Assembly (NCBI GenBank): GCA_963835905.1
Contig: CAWIHG010000005.1
Coordinates: 1,396,018 to 1,460,017 of the forward strand
DNA length: 64,000 bases
Origin: an uncultured delta proteobacterium
Lineage (GTDB): Bacteria; Desulfobacterota; Binatia; Binatales; Binataceae
Direction of reading: 5' to 3'
Positions 49,279 to 59,919 of the stretch are shown here, one piece after another; positions within the stretch are counted from its first letter, which is position 1, and every line of letters begins with the position of its first letter. The position numbers and the translations under genes were made by a program. Below the pieces are notes generated by a model that had not been told where the DNA came from, ran no database searches, and worked only from the letters and a program-made list of their open reading frames with translations.

Positions 49279-50394
49279 ATGGATATTTCGTTCACGCAAG
49301 AGCATGACGAACTGCGCCAGACCGTGCGCAGATTTCTCGACAAGGAATCCACCGAAGCGACTGTCCGCAAGTTGATGGAAACCGACAGTGGTTACGACGC
49401 CCGCACCTGGGAGCGGATCGCGTCCGAACTGTCGCTGGTCGGTCTGGTGATTCCCGAGAAGTACGGGGGCGCCGGTCTGGGACCGGTCGAAATGGCGATC
49501 GTATTCGAAGAGATGGGTCGCGTACTCTATTGCGGACCGTTTCTGGCCAGTGCCGCGCTCGCCGCGAGTATGCTGCGGGACGCGGCCACCGATGCCGAGA
49601 AGTCGAAACTGCTGCCCGATATCGCGTCCGGCAAAACCATCGCGACGCTCGCAATCGCTGAGGAGTCCGGCAAATGGGACGCTGATTCGATCGCCCTGCG
49701 CGCGCAGCGCGACGGAGCAAATTGGCGACTCGATGGGATCAAGAATTATGTCCTGGATGGACAGATCGCGAGCGTAATCCTGGTCGCCGCACTCGCCGAC
49801 GACGGGCTTGCTCTTTTTCGCGTCGATGGCACCGCCGCCGGATTGGAACGCACCGCGCTGCCAACCCTCGATCTGACTCGCAAGCTCGCGCGGCTGACCT
49901 TCAAGGGAACTGCCGCAACGCGAGTCTCGGACAAGGACATCCGCGCAGCCCTCGAGCGCACTCTGACGTTCGGAGTCGCGATGCTCGCTGCGGAGCAGGT
50001 TGGCGGTGCGCAGCGCTGCCTCGAAATGTCAACTGAGTACGCCAAGACGCGCCTGCAGTTCGGGCGGCCCATCGGATCGTTCCAGGCAATCAAGCACAAG
50101 TGCGCTGACATGCTGGTTGAAACCGAGTTCGCGCGCTCGGCTGCGTATCACGCGGCGTTCGAGCTCGCCGGCGGCGATCAAGCCGAAGCGAGTGAAGCCG
50201 CGCAGATTGCAAAATCATACTGCGCGGAGGCTTTTTTCAAGGCGGCGGCCGATAATATCCAGATTCACGGCGGGATGGGCTTTACCTGGGAACATCCGGC
50301 ACATCTGTACTTCAAGCGCGCACGGGCGGGCATCGTAATGTTCGGCGAACCAAGTGAGTATCGCCAGAGACTCGCCGCCGCCCTCGAACTGTAG
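49279..50394 (+). CDS. Acyl-CoA dehydrogenase (second, adjacent)
   Basis: ACAD fold, 371 aa. Possibly the partner of the preceding ACAD. Confidence 0.85.
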   Translation: MDISFTQEHDELRQTVRRFLDKESTEATVRKLMETDSGYDARTWERIASELSLVGLVIPEKYGGAGLGPVEMAIVFEEMGRVLYCGPFLASAALAASMLRDAATDAEKSKLLPDIASGKTIATLAIAEESGKWDADSIALRAQRDGANWRLDGIKNYVLDGQIASVILVAALADDGLALFRVDGTAAGLERTALPTLDLTRKLARLTFKGTAATRVSDKDIRAALERTLTFGVAMLAAEQVGGAQRCLEMSTEYAKTRLQFGRPIGSFQAIKHKCADMLVETEFARSAAYHAAFELAGGDQAEASEAAQIAKSYCAEAFFKAAADNIQIHGGMGFTWEHPAHLYFKRARAGIVMFGEPSEYRQRLAAALEL

Positions 50395-50462
50395 CCAGCG
50401 GCGAAGACGCTCGCGCCGGTCGATTCGCTGACGTAGTCTCGCGACGATCAGAGCGGCGCGCA

Positions 50463-51581
<1,119 letters not shown>

Positions 51582-51607
51582 TTACGCGACGCCCGAACGA
51601 TCGGGCT

Positions 51608-52039
51608 CTATTGTGAAACCAGCATGCGCGACGTGCTGGTAAGATTCACGGCTACCGGGCTAAGGAAAGGTACCCTTATCTGGTAGGGGTACGAGATCTG
51701 CACCTGTGCGTCGGTCTTCTTGGCGTTGATCGGATCGGTAGGCCAGCTCACCGCCACGTCGCTGTCCTTCAGACCCAGCCCGACTGCATATTTGATAGCG
51801 ACCTGCTGGATTTGCGAGTCACTCACAGGATCCGGGCTCGTCGGCGAGTGGACAATCGCATAGCGTACGGCTTCCCGGGTCGCATTCGATACCGTGTTGT
51901 AGGAATACACCGCGGTGCCCAGAGACATCAGGCCAAACGTGAGCATGAAGAGTAAGGTTGCGACCCCGCAGAATTCAACCATCGACTGACCGGCGCATTT
52001 GGCGGTCCAATGGTTTCGGAGATAGTTTTGCGAATTCAC
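51608..52039 (-). CDS. TadE-like pseudopilin (Flp-pilus-assembly TadE/TadF family)
   Basis: N-terminal GQSMVEFCGVATLLFMLTFGLM TadE-type domain. Confidence 0.65.
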   Translation of the reverse strand: MNSQNYLRNHWTAKCAGQSMVEFCGVATLLFMLTFGLMSLGTAVYSYNTVSNATREAVRYAIVHSPTSPDPVSDSQIQQVAIKYAVGLGLKDSDVAVSWPTDPINAKKTDAQVQISYPYQIRVPFLSPVAVNLTSTSRMLVSQ

Positions 52040-52500
52040 TGTGCCACCATCATTACGGCTTTTCCGCCCAGCATCACCGTGGATGGAATGCCTGGATATT
52101 TTATCGCGGTATGAAATGTCGTCGTGGTGTCGACTTCCACGTAGGTTGCCTGCGGACTATTCGCACAATACTGTGCGGGACACGCCGCAACACTGCTGGT
52201 GGTTACGCACGTGCACTGTTTCGCCGTGGCGCTGAGGGCGGACAGGTTGGACCCATCGTCTTTGGCCGCGGTCTCCATTCCCGAGGAATCGGCAGCGGTA
52301 ATCACGCTCTGAGAACCATACTGCGCGCCAGCGCGCGCCGCATTGGCAACCTCGATGTTGGCGTAATAGAGCCGCCCGAAGTCGGCGGCCGCGAGCAGCA
52401 GCAGCGCAAGCACTGGCAGCGCAACCGCCATTTCCACCATGGCCTGACCGCCGGATTTTCGGTGCAGGCCGCTTTTGGATTGTCGTGACTGATTATTCAT
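52036..52500 (-). CDS. TadE/TadF-like pseudopilin
   Basis: N-terminal GGQAMVEMAVALPVLALLLLAAADFGRLYY. Confidence 0.65.
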   Translation of the reverse strand: MNNQSRQSKSGLHRKSGGQAMVEMAVALPVLALLLLAAADFGRLYYANIEVANAARAGAQYGSQSVITAADSSGMETAAKDDGSNLSALSATAKQCTCVTTSSVAACPAQYCANSPQATYVEVDTTTTFHTAIKYPGIPSTVMLGGKAVMMVAQ

Positions 52501-53857
52501 ATAATGCCGTTGACCTGATTGGAGAGCCGTTGTCGAGCGATGAGTAGTTGTCCCCGAGCACGCTGTTTCCCGACACCGATATAGTGTCCCCGACTATGAT
52601 CGTGTAACCGTCGGAGCTGCTGCTTCCTGAATAACTTACCGCGGTAGTTGAAAAGTAAATCGCTCCGTCGAAGGTCGAACCCGAGGAACCGGTTATGGTG
52701 CTTCCCTTTGAGCCGGTCGGAATACTGCGGTCCTCAAAGAAGAGAATCCCGGCGTAAGTGCCCGATGTTGGCGCGCTCAGGTGTGCGGTGTTGGATCCGC
52801 TGAGCGCAATCGGTCCGTACGAGGAGTAACCCTGAGTGTTGTAGAACGTTACTCCGGCGCCGGATATGTTTGCCTTTGAGGCAGTTACCTTCAACCCTCC
52901 TCCATCGAGTATGTAGGTTCCGGAATTGAAAACAACTGGATTGTTTCCGCTAACCTGGATGCCACCGCAGTAGACGCCCTGGTTCAGATAGGTGATTCCG
53001 CTACCGGTCCCGACATGTACGTTCGTGTAGTCGCAGGCTCCGACCGTGGGAGCTGCCAGATAGGAGAGCGGATCCGGCGCGGGCGCGATGTTCGTCACCG
53101 GGGTTGGTGAAAAGCCGCTACCCGAGTATCCACCGGCTACGCCGATGTCGGCGGCGGTCAGGGTTGCGCCGCCGTTCGAGTTAAGCGCAGTGGCGTCGTT
53201 GGAGTCGACAATCGCGCCGCAAGAGAGGCTGACCGAGCTGCTACCGCTAATGGTGAGACCGCCGGAGGCGGTCGGATCCAAAGCATAGACACAGGCGGGG
53301 CCGTTCATTGATGCGGCAACCGATCGCGCAGAAACGTCGACCGTGTCGTAGCCTAGCACCCGCATGAAATAGGTTGGCTCCGGCCGGCTGACGACCACCT
53401 CCACGTACCGCGCGTTGCCGGCGTACTGTCCACCGGAGGGTGGATTATTCACCGTCACCGTTACGCCCTGGTTGCCATTGGAAAACCCGTTGGCGGCGCT
53501 GGCGGTGTCGGCGGCGGTGGCGGCGCTTCCATTCAGTCTCAGCGCGATGGCGCCGGCGACCGCCGCTGCATCCGCAGCCGTTTGCATGTCCCGCCGAGCG
53601 GTCCAAAACTGGCCCACGTCGACGGCCAGAGCGGCAAACCCCATCAGGGTGATCAACCCGATGGCGACAAGCACCATGACCTGCCCGGAACTGCCTCTTG
53701 CCCCGAGTCCCGGCGCAATGGCGCCGGCCTGCCTGCCCCGCGCAACAGCGGTCGCGTTTGCAGTGAACCTGTCGATCTTCGGAGCCTTAAACGGGGAACC
53801 TACCGACGCGGCCAGATTGCTCTGACCGCGAATCCTGGGGGAAATCCGACCAAACAT
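52493..53857 (-). CDS. TadG-like Flp-pilus-assembly protein
   Basis: N-terminal GQVMVLVAIGLITLMGFAALAVDVGQFWTARRDMQTAADAAAVAG (TadG-type domain), then a Gly/Ser/Thr-rich beta region. RBS gggagg precedes the start. Confidence 0.65.
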   Translation of the reverse strand: MFGRISPRIRGQSNLAASVGSPFKAPKIDRFTANATAVARGRQAGAIAPGLGARGSSGQVMVLVAIGLITLMGFAALAVDVGQFWTARRDMQTAADAAAVAGAIALRLNGSAATAADTASAANGFSNGNQGVTVTVNNPPSGGQYAGNARYVEVVVSRPEPTYFMRVLGYDTVDVSARSVAASMNGPACVYALDPTASGGLTISGSSSVSLSCGAIVDSNDATALNSNGGATLTAADIGVAGGYSGSGFSPTPVTNIAPAPDPLSYLAAPTVGACDYTNVHVGTGSGITYLNQGVYCGGIQVSGNNPVVFNSGTYILDGGGLKVTASKANISGAGVTFYNTQGYSSYGPIALSGSNTAHLSAPTSGTYAGILFFEDRSIPTGSKGSTITGSSGSTFDGAIYFSTTAVSYSGSSSSDGYTIIVGDTISVSGNSVLGDNYSSLDNGSPIRSTALYE

Positions 53858-54119
53858 GACTCTTCTCGCCTCCCAATAGCGGTTTCAAGCCATGAGTCCG
53901 CGCCGGTCGCGGAAGTTCTCGTGAGCGGCGCGCACCCACGTCGGCGGGGCCCGGTGCGCGTTCACGCGTCATCCAGATACCGCCGATGCGTAGAGTGATA
54001 CTACAAGTTGTAGCATAACGCAACCGCACCAATTTTCACAGCCGAGCTGCATATAGCAGACAGCCCCGCGCGAGCGTGCGCGACTCGGCTCCAGGTACCG
54101 CGCCCAATTCCCCGATGAG

Positions 54120-54292
54120 CAGGGAAAATACAGGGAATGCCGCCGCAAACGAGGCTCTTCTGGCCCCTTCCGGGCAAAATGAGCCGCAGCCCAGGCGCGC
54201 TTTTCTGCTAAATTCCCTACTTCACCGAACAGGGAATTTGGATCCGTGATCCACGCCATCCTCAGGGCTTAACAGGGAAACTTGATTCCCTG
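54120..54292. promoter_or_regulatory. Cluster of CAGGGAA(T)/ATTCCCTG motifs including two inverted repeats
   Basis: Seen in sequence: cagggaaaatacagggaatg (54120-54139); aaattccct-N12-agggaattt (54210-54239); cagggaa-N6-ttccctg (54273-54292). Lies in the ~1.1-kb non-coding stretch between the tadG-like operon and the NHL-repeat gene. Confidence 0.35.
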
Positions 54293-54977
54293 AAATGATC
54301 CGCGCGGAGAACTTGTCCGCCGCAAATAGCCGGGAGCGCGCAGAGGAACGCGACATCTTTTATGCGTCCGTCAAGGGCAAAGGGCGGACGGGGCCAGGTC
54401 AATCAGCCTGCTCGGTGCCGGGCGTCAACCGCGCGCTGGCGGCGGTGGCTCGTGACCGCGGGAACTTTCCTTTGATCGGGCCGGCTCGGCCCACCTTGCT
54501 CGTTGCGAGGTCAAAGGACCGGAGCTGGCTGGTAACCTCGCACAATCATGCGGGTCCAGTGCGTCCCCGAGATGAGAGACCGGGATGAGCCCCGTCAAAG
54601 ATTGAAATCCGGATCCATCGATACCTTTGCGGCGACCTCCGCCGCATAATCGCTTGATAACCTGAGCCGAGCCTCCGAAGTGCAGCACCTGCGGTCAGTC
54701 CAAATTAACCTCGTGTCCTCGTGGAAAGCAGGCGCCGGGCGCTCAGGAACCGGCCGAAGCGAAACCAGGCGCTCGGCGCACCGGGGCGCCTCGATCGCGA
54801 TCCTCCGAAGCGCGACTGGCTGTCAGCAGCTTTGCCGCGCGGTTGATGGTGAGCGTTCCGTTGGGAACGAGCTGATTAACGTCGGAACTGATTTTGCCAT
54901 CGTTTTCTGCAATACGCAGACGCGAGGGCATCGTCGACTAGGCGTTCGCCCCCGGCAAACATCTGGGGCGCCTTCGC

Positions 54978-56234
54978 ATGGTTCAAGACGCAAATTTGCG
55001 CCCTGCTCGATCCCAACAATCTTCAAAACAACGGCGGCCCGAAGCAGACCATCGCGGTGCAACCCCTACAGCAACTCCGACTGCGACCCCAATGCCCATC
55101 CCGATCATCACGACCGTGGCGGGAAACGGCCGCGAGCTGTTGGGAGTCGGGGGTCCGGCGACGAGCGTCGCGATTGGCTTTGTGAGCGGCGGTATCTTCG
55201 ACTCGTCGGGCAATCTCTACATTTCCGCGCTACAGGACAATGAAGTACTGAAAGTGTCACCGTCAGGCATCCTCACGGTTGCAGTCGGCACAGGCGAGGG
55301 AAACTACAGCGGTGACGGCGGCTCCGCGCTGAATGCCACGCTGAGTCAACCGGGGCCGCTCGCCGTCGACTCGGCTGGCGATCTCTTCATTTCCGATTTC
55401 AAGAACTACGTCGTGCGAGAGGTAAACCCCGCGGGAATCATCAACACGGTCGGCGCGTTCCAGGCGGGTGGCTTCGCCGGCGACGCGAACGGAAATATGT
55501 ATGCGAGCGAGATTGGCGGCGACGTCGTGCACGAGATAACTCCCGGCGGAGTCGTCATGACGATCGCGGACACTTACCACGACGCCGGCTACTCCGGCGA
55601 CGGAGGGCCGGCTAAGGCAGCATTGCTCGGCGACGTGGAGGGTCTCGCGATCGACGGTACCGGGAACCTCTATATTGCCGATAACGGCAACGCAAGAATT
55701 CGCGAGGTCATCAATGGGATCATCAGCACGGTAGCTGGCAACGGGATGTTCGGAACTTACGGGGAAGGCGACGGCGGCCCGGCGATCGATGCGCCGATTG
55801 TCGCGAATCAGGTGGCGGTGGGCCAGGATGGAAGCATCTACATCAACGGCAACAACAGCATCTCGAAAATCGATCCGCAGGGCATCATAAACACAATCGC
55901 CGGCGACGGGAATTTTGGTGCAACGATGTTCCAGTTCCCGCCGGGCAGCCTCGCGATCGACGCCGACATGGAGGGCGCCGGACTTCCAGCGCTGCTGCCC
56001 AACGGCGACTTCTATGTTGCGTGCTGCGAATCCAACATCGACAAGGTGAGCGCCGCCGACGGAACGATCCAGGTCTTCGTGCGCGGATACGACTTTACCG
56101 GGTTCGGGGAGGATCTTGCCGTTCCGATAGAACGCCAGGTACCCGACGCGCTGGAAACCCCTGCTCGCTTGGCAAACTTCCACGGAGGCCAGACCCGACA
56201 GCATCACCGTGTCCCACAGCGCTTCCGGCAATAA
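54978..56234 (+). CDS. NHL-repeat beta-propeller protein (start uncertain)
   Basis: Six NHL-like blades (GNLYISA, GDLFISD, GNMYASE, GNLYIADNGNARIREV, GSIYING...). No clear signal peptide; the real start may be at M(55092) or in another frame. Confidence 0.55.
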   Translation: MVQDANLRPARSQQSSKQRRPEADHRGATPTATPTATPMPIPIITTVAGNGRELLGVGGPATSVAIGFVSGGIFDSSGNLYISALQDNEVLKVSPSGILTVAVGTGEGNYSGDGGSALNATLSQPGPLAVDSAGDLFISDFKNYVVREVNPAGIINTVGAFQAGGFAGDANGNMYASEIGGDVVHEITPGGVVMTIADTYHDAGYSGDGGPAKAALLGDVEGLAIDGTGNLYIADNGNARIREVINGIISTVAGNGMFGTYGEGDGGPAIDAPIVANQVAVGQDGSIYINGNNSISKIDPQGIINTIAGDGNFGATMFQFPPGSLAIDADMEGAGLPALLPNGDFYVACCESNIDKVSAADGTIQVFVRGYDFTGFGEDLAVPIERQVPDALETPARLANFHGGQTRQHHRVPQRFRQ

Positions 56235-56511
56235 CTCCTTGAGCGCAGATACCGGTGGCCACCCCCGGTTTGCTCCTTTCCCGTGCTCCTGCCAGTTTTG
56301 CCCATGGTGGCGTCTCCTCTAATAGCCACCCGATCTTCCGATCGGGCGACGATTGCCCCCACTTCAATTTCAACACCCGGCCGCACGCTCACCCGCCGAA
56401 CGCCTTTCGTGGGGCTGGCTCCAATATACGGCGCACGTGGTCGTGCGCGCGCTCGAAGCGCTAACATCACGCGTCGGTGACCCAAAACCCGAAAACTAGG
56501 ACGACTGGCAA

Positions 56512-56718
56512 TTGAAAAGTCGACCTAGTGTGGTCGGAGCGCAGGAAGTGTTCCTTTCCCTTGACTACGCCAGGCGCAAGATCGAAGCTTGGCGGAAGCA
56601 CTATCACGAGAACCGTCCTCACACATCGCTGGGCTACGTTCCACCCCGGGGATTCACCCACAGGCCGCGAGGAACGCCGGCCCATGAACCCGGACTACTC
56701 ACCCCCAAGTCGGACTAG
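56512..56718 (+). mobile_element. Transposase C-terminal remnant (rve integrase-core tail)
   Basis: FLSLDYARRKIEAWRKHYHENRPHTSLGYVPP matches the conserved transposase/integrase tail (...AR..IE.WR..YN..RPH.SLGY.TP). No intact upstream portion. Confidence 0.5.
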
Positions 56719-56735
56719 GAATCGGAGGACCCTCG

Positions 56736-58187
56736 GTGAATAGCAGACCATCGACGCGCGAGTGGACATTCTTCGGGTTGGTCGCTGCGTACTCAGCGAT
56801 CTACCTGGCGATTTATCCAGCGTCCTATTCGATAATCGACGAAAGCTGCATTATCGCCCTCGGACAGGCGCTGCGCCACGGCAGCATTTTTCTCGACTCG
56901 CCGATCTGGGGAATGCCACTCGACGGCCGCGTCGTCTCGAAGTTTTCAGCGTTTCACGCCGCGCTGCTGATGCCAGCGCTCAGCACGTCGTGGCGCACTA
57001 TGTTTCTCGTCTCTGCGGCGTTCTTCGTGGCGGGCGCGTTCGTGCTGCGCGCGATGCTCCGGCGCGCCGGCCTCGGGAGCGGATGGTGCGTGCTGTATTT
57101 CATGCTGGCCGGCGCGCTCTACTATTCGCAGACCGTGATCGCGGCGGTCCCGGCCGCCGTGACCGGTCTCTTCGGGGTGTCGCTATGCCTGCGCGATCCG
57201 CCGCGGCCGCTGCTCGCAGGACTGGCGTTGGGTGCAGCCACGCTGCTTCATCCGTGGATGGGGCCGTTTGCGGTGGTGTTCACGATTGTGTGGAGCCTCG
57301 AGCAGGGCATCCCGCAAGGCATCAAATCGGCCGGCGGGCTGCTCCTGGGCGCGACGCCGTCGGTTGCAGCGCTGATGGCCTACAATCACGCGACGACGGG
57401 CAGCGCGTTTCGCGACGTTTATACGATGCTGGGGCATCAATACGAGTTCAATGGGCAGCATCTTATATCGTTTTTCGTGTTCTATTTTTTGTCGTTTGGC
57501 GTGTTTCCACTCGCCGGATGGAGCGCTTTTTCGCGGCGATGGTCAGGGACCTGGGCGATTCCTGCGGTGTGCGCCGTAACCATCGTGCTGGGGTCACTCT
57601 ATTACTATCGCGACGGTTTGAAGGTCGGTTCGGCGACCGTCGGCAACGCGGCCCTAATCGCGGGCCTAATCCCAGGTCAGCGCTTTCTCATTCCGGCTTC
57701 GATGCTCGCCTGCTTACCCGCGGCGAGATTTCTGAACGAGCGAGTTTCGCGGCTCGCCCCGATTCTCGTGCAGCGCGGAAAAATCGCGGCGCTCGCCGTT
57801 TTCGTCATTTCATTTTCGCTGATCAGCATGGCGCATCAGTCGTATTTGACCGCGCATGCCAAGGTGCAGCAGACTCTGGCCCTGAGCCTTCCGCATGACG
57901 CCAAGATCGCGATCGCGGGCAGAGTGAGAAAGGAATTTGCGCCCGCTTCATTTGCTTTCGATGGAGTCTACCGGCTCGACATCGATGAACCCGTGCCGCG
58001 CGATCAGTACTTTGCGGTGCTGAGGCTTCCCGGCGGCGCTACGCCCGCGGCGTGGGCCGCCGGGCACACGGTCACCCGCGTGCCGATTCGTTCGTGGGTA
58101 TGGAATCGCGATCTGCTGATCGGATCGCCGGCGCACTCGTCAGACGGAAAATCAAATGCAGTCAGTTCAGATGCTCGTGGTGGGTAA
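56736..58187 (+). CDS. Polytopic membrane protein, hypothetical (possibly GT-C-like glycosyltransferase)
   Basis: ~11 predicted TM helices, 483 aa. No confident family assignment. Confidence 0.5.
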   Translation: MNSRPSTREWTFFGLVAAYSAIYLAIYPASYSIIDESCIIALGQALRHGSIFLDSPIWGMPLDGRVVSKFSAFHAALLMPALSTSWRTMFLVSAAFFVAGAFVLRAMLRRAGLGSGWCVLYFMLAGALYYSQTVIAAVPAAVTGLFGVSLCLRDPPRPLLAGLALGAATLLHPWMGPFAVVFTIVWSLEQGIPQGIKSAGGLLLGATPSVAALMAYNHATTGSAFRDVYTMLGHQYEFNGQHLISFFVFYFLSFGVFPLAGWSAFSRRWSGTWAIPAVCAVTIVLGSLYYYRDGLKVGSATVGNAALIAGLIPGQRFLIPASMLACLPAARFLNERVSRLAPILVQRGKIAALAVFVISFSLISMAHQSYLTAHAKVQQTLALSLPHDAKIAIAGRVRKEFAPASFAFDGVYRLDIDEPVPRDQYFAVLRLPGGATPAAWAAGHTVTRVPIRSWVWNRDLLIGSPAHSSDGKSNAVSSDARGG

Positions 58188-58672
58188 TGTGCTGCAGTAT
58201 TTCGTCCCGTGTACATATTGATAAAATGATGTCGCCCGCGGTCATTTCTCAAAGTTTCGCCGAGAGACGCTTAGTCTTACACTGACCTTTAGTGTTGTGT
58301 CCGAAAGGCAACTCATATCACCCTGAATCCGGCGTGAAAAATACTCATTCAGACCCTGCGGTAGTCTAAGGTGCTCCGGAATGGTCTTGCTCTGCCGTCT
58401 CAAGACCAGGAGAAGAGTCAGGTCAACGCGCTTGAGCGCACCCAGCCGGTGCTGCCAATGGGGATGGGCTAAATCGAAGGCGCTCGCCGCCATCGCTAAC
58501 TCAGGAAGGCCGCTCGGCTCGACCTTCTATTGAGGTTCTACATCGGACCGACCAGATGAGCGAGGTGATCTCGGCGCCGGAACGCTCTCGGGCTTGAACG
58601 CGTCTCCGGCGAGCCGCTCGATGGGGATTCCCGAGGTACGGTCTTGTTAGACAACAGCGTTAAGGGCTGCAC

Positions 58673-59530
58673 CTACCCCGTTTCAGTAGACAGAGTTGGG
58701 CTTGTGCGGAATTCCGCTGGATGGCTCCTTTGGTAGTTGATAGGCGAGAGATAGTCGAGGGCCGAATGGCGGCGGTGAGGTTTGTACCAACCTTCGATAA
58801 AATCGAACACCGCCATCCGCGCCTGGGCCTGGGTTCTGAAGTTTTGTCGGTTGAGCAGCTCGGATTCGAGAGTGGCGAAGAAGCTCTCGCACATGGCGTT
58901 GTCAAAACAGTCGCCCACCGAACCCATCGAGGGCCGCCCCCGGCCTGTTCGCAACGCTTCCGAAGGCGACCGACGTATATTGGCTGCCTTGGTCGGAATG
59001 ATGGATCACGCCGGCGGGACGGCGCTGTACCAGCGCCATGTCAAGGTCTTTGAGTACCAGCTCGGTACGCAGATAAGTCTTCATCGCCCAACCCACTATC
59101 CGGCGGCTGAAGACGTCGAGCACCACGGCCAGATAGAGAAGGCCGGCCCAGGTTGGAATGTAGGTGATGTCGGCCACCACAAACGGTTGGGCGCCGCGGC
59201 GGTGAAGTTGCGTTCGACCAGGTCGGGCGCCGGCCGGGCGGCGCGATCACGCACCGTAGTGATGATCCAGTTGCACCACCCCCGGATCACGGTCCGGGGG
59301 CCGGCTGCGCGCATCAATCGCGCCACGCGTTTGATGCCCGCCCTAATGCCTTGCTCCGCGAGGTCGACAGGGATGCGCGGCGCGCCATAGGTCCGGCGCG
59401 AGCGACGATGGATCTCGGCGATCCGCGCGCTCAACTCGGCGTCCGCGCGAGCTCGTGCCGAGGGCGGACGCTTGAGCCGCGCGTAATAGCCACCGGGGGA
59501 GACCGCCCAGTACGCGGCACCTGGTGGCAA
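58673..59530 (-). mobile_element. IS3-family transposase (orfB) remnant, fragmented over three frames
   Basis: ORFs 59096..59530, 58902..59180 and 58673..58954 together give ...RRTYGAPRIPVDLAEQGIRAGIKRVARLMRAAG.../...VADITYIPTWAGLLYLAVVLDVFSRRIVGWAM...IHHSDQGSQYTSVAF.../...DNAMCESFFATLESELLNRQNF...ARMAVFDFIEGWYKPHRRHSALDYLSP. That is a DDE transposase with frameshifts. No orfA was found. Confidence 0.7.
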
Positions 59531-59919
59531 TCCGATGTATGGCCCGGTTAGCCCCTACGAATGCGAACGCCGCGATGGGTCCGTTTATATTTTTTCCGGT
59601 GCGCGCGCAGGCACCCTCTCTCCGCCGCTCCGACCCTCGCTCCGGCACCGCCGCTGCGCGATTGATCGTGACCTGTCGCAAGCGGGGGGCAAGGCAAGCG
59701 CACGCTTCCCCCGCGCTCTGTGCGAGCGGTTTTCCGGCGCTCGCCGATTGCGGAAGCGGGATAAGCGCGCCCCTGTGATGAGCGGGCATCAAGGCAACAG
59801 CACCTTGTGGCGGACCGAGCGGGCGTTAGCGATTTCGGGCTGAGGGCAAACGGCGCTGCGAGCGGCGCCATCGGACTGACTATTAGTCTAAAGACTCGCC
59901 GCTGCTTGTCAAGCCCGTT

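Noticed and set aside
53858-54300. A flp pilin gene directly upstream of the tadG-like gene
   Set aside because: No short ORF with the Flp signature (polar N-terminus, G/A cleavage motif and a hydrophobic stretch) is present in any frame.
58242-58493. Possible additional transposase fragment in the low-GC stretch 58190-58670
   Set aside because: No convincing motif in any frame. Treated as decayed non-coding sequence adjoining the IS3 remnant.
59535-59871. IS3 orfA (HTH transposase subunit) upstream of the orfB remnant
   Set aside because: Neither ORF 59535..59843(+) nor 59548..59871(-) shows the helix-turn-helix/leucine-zipper orfA pattern. Both are Arg-rich shadow ORFs.
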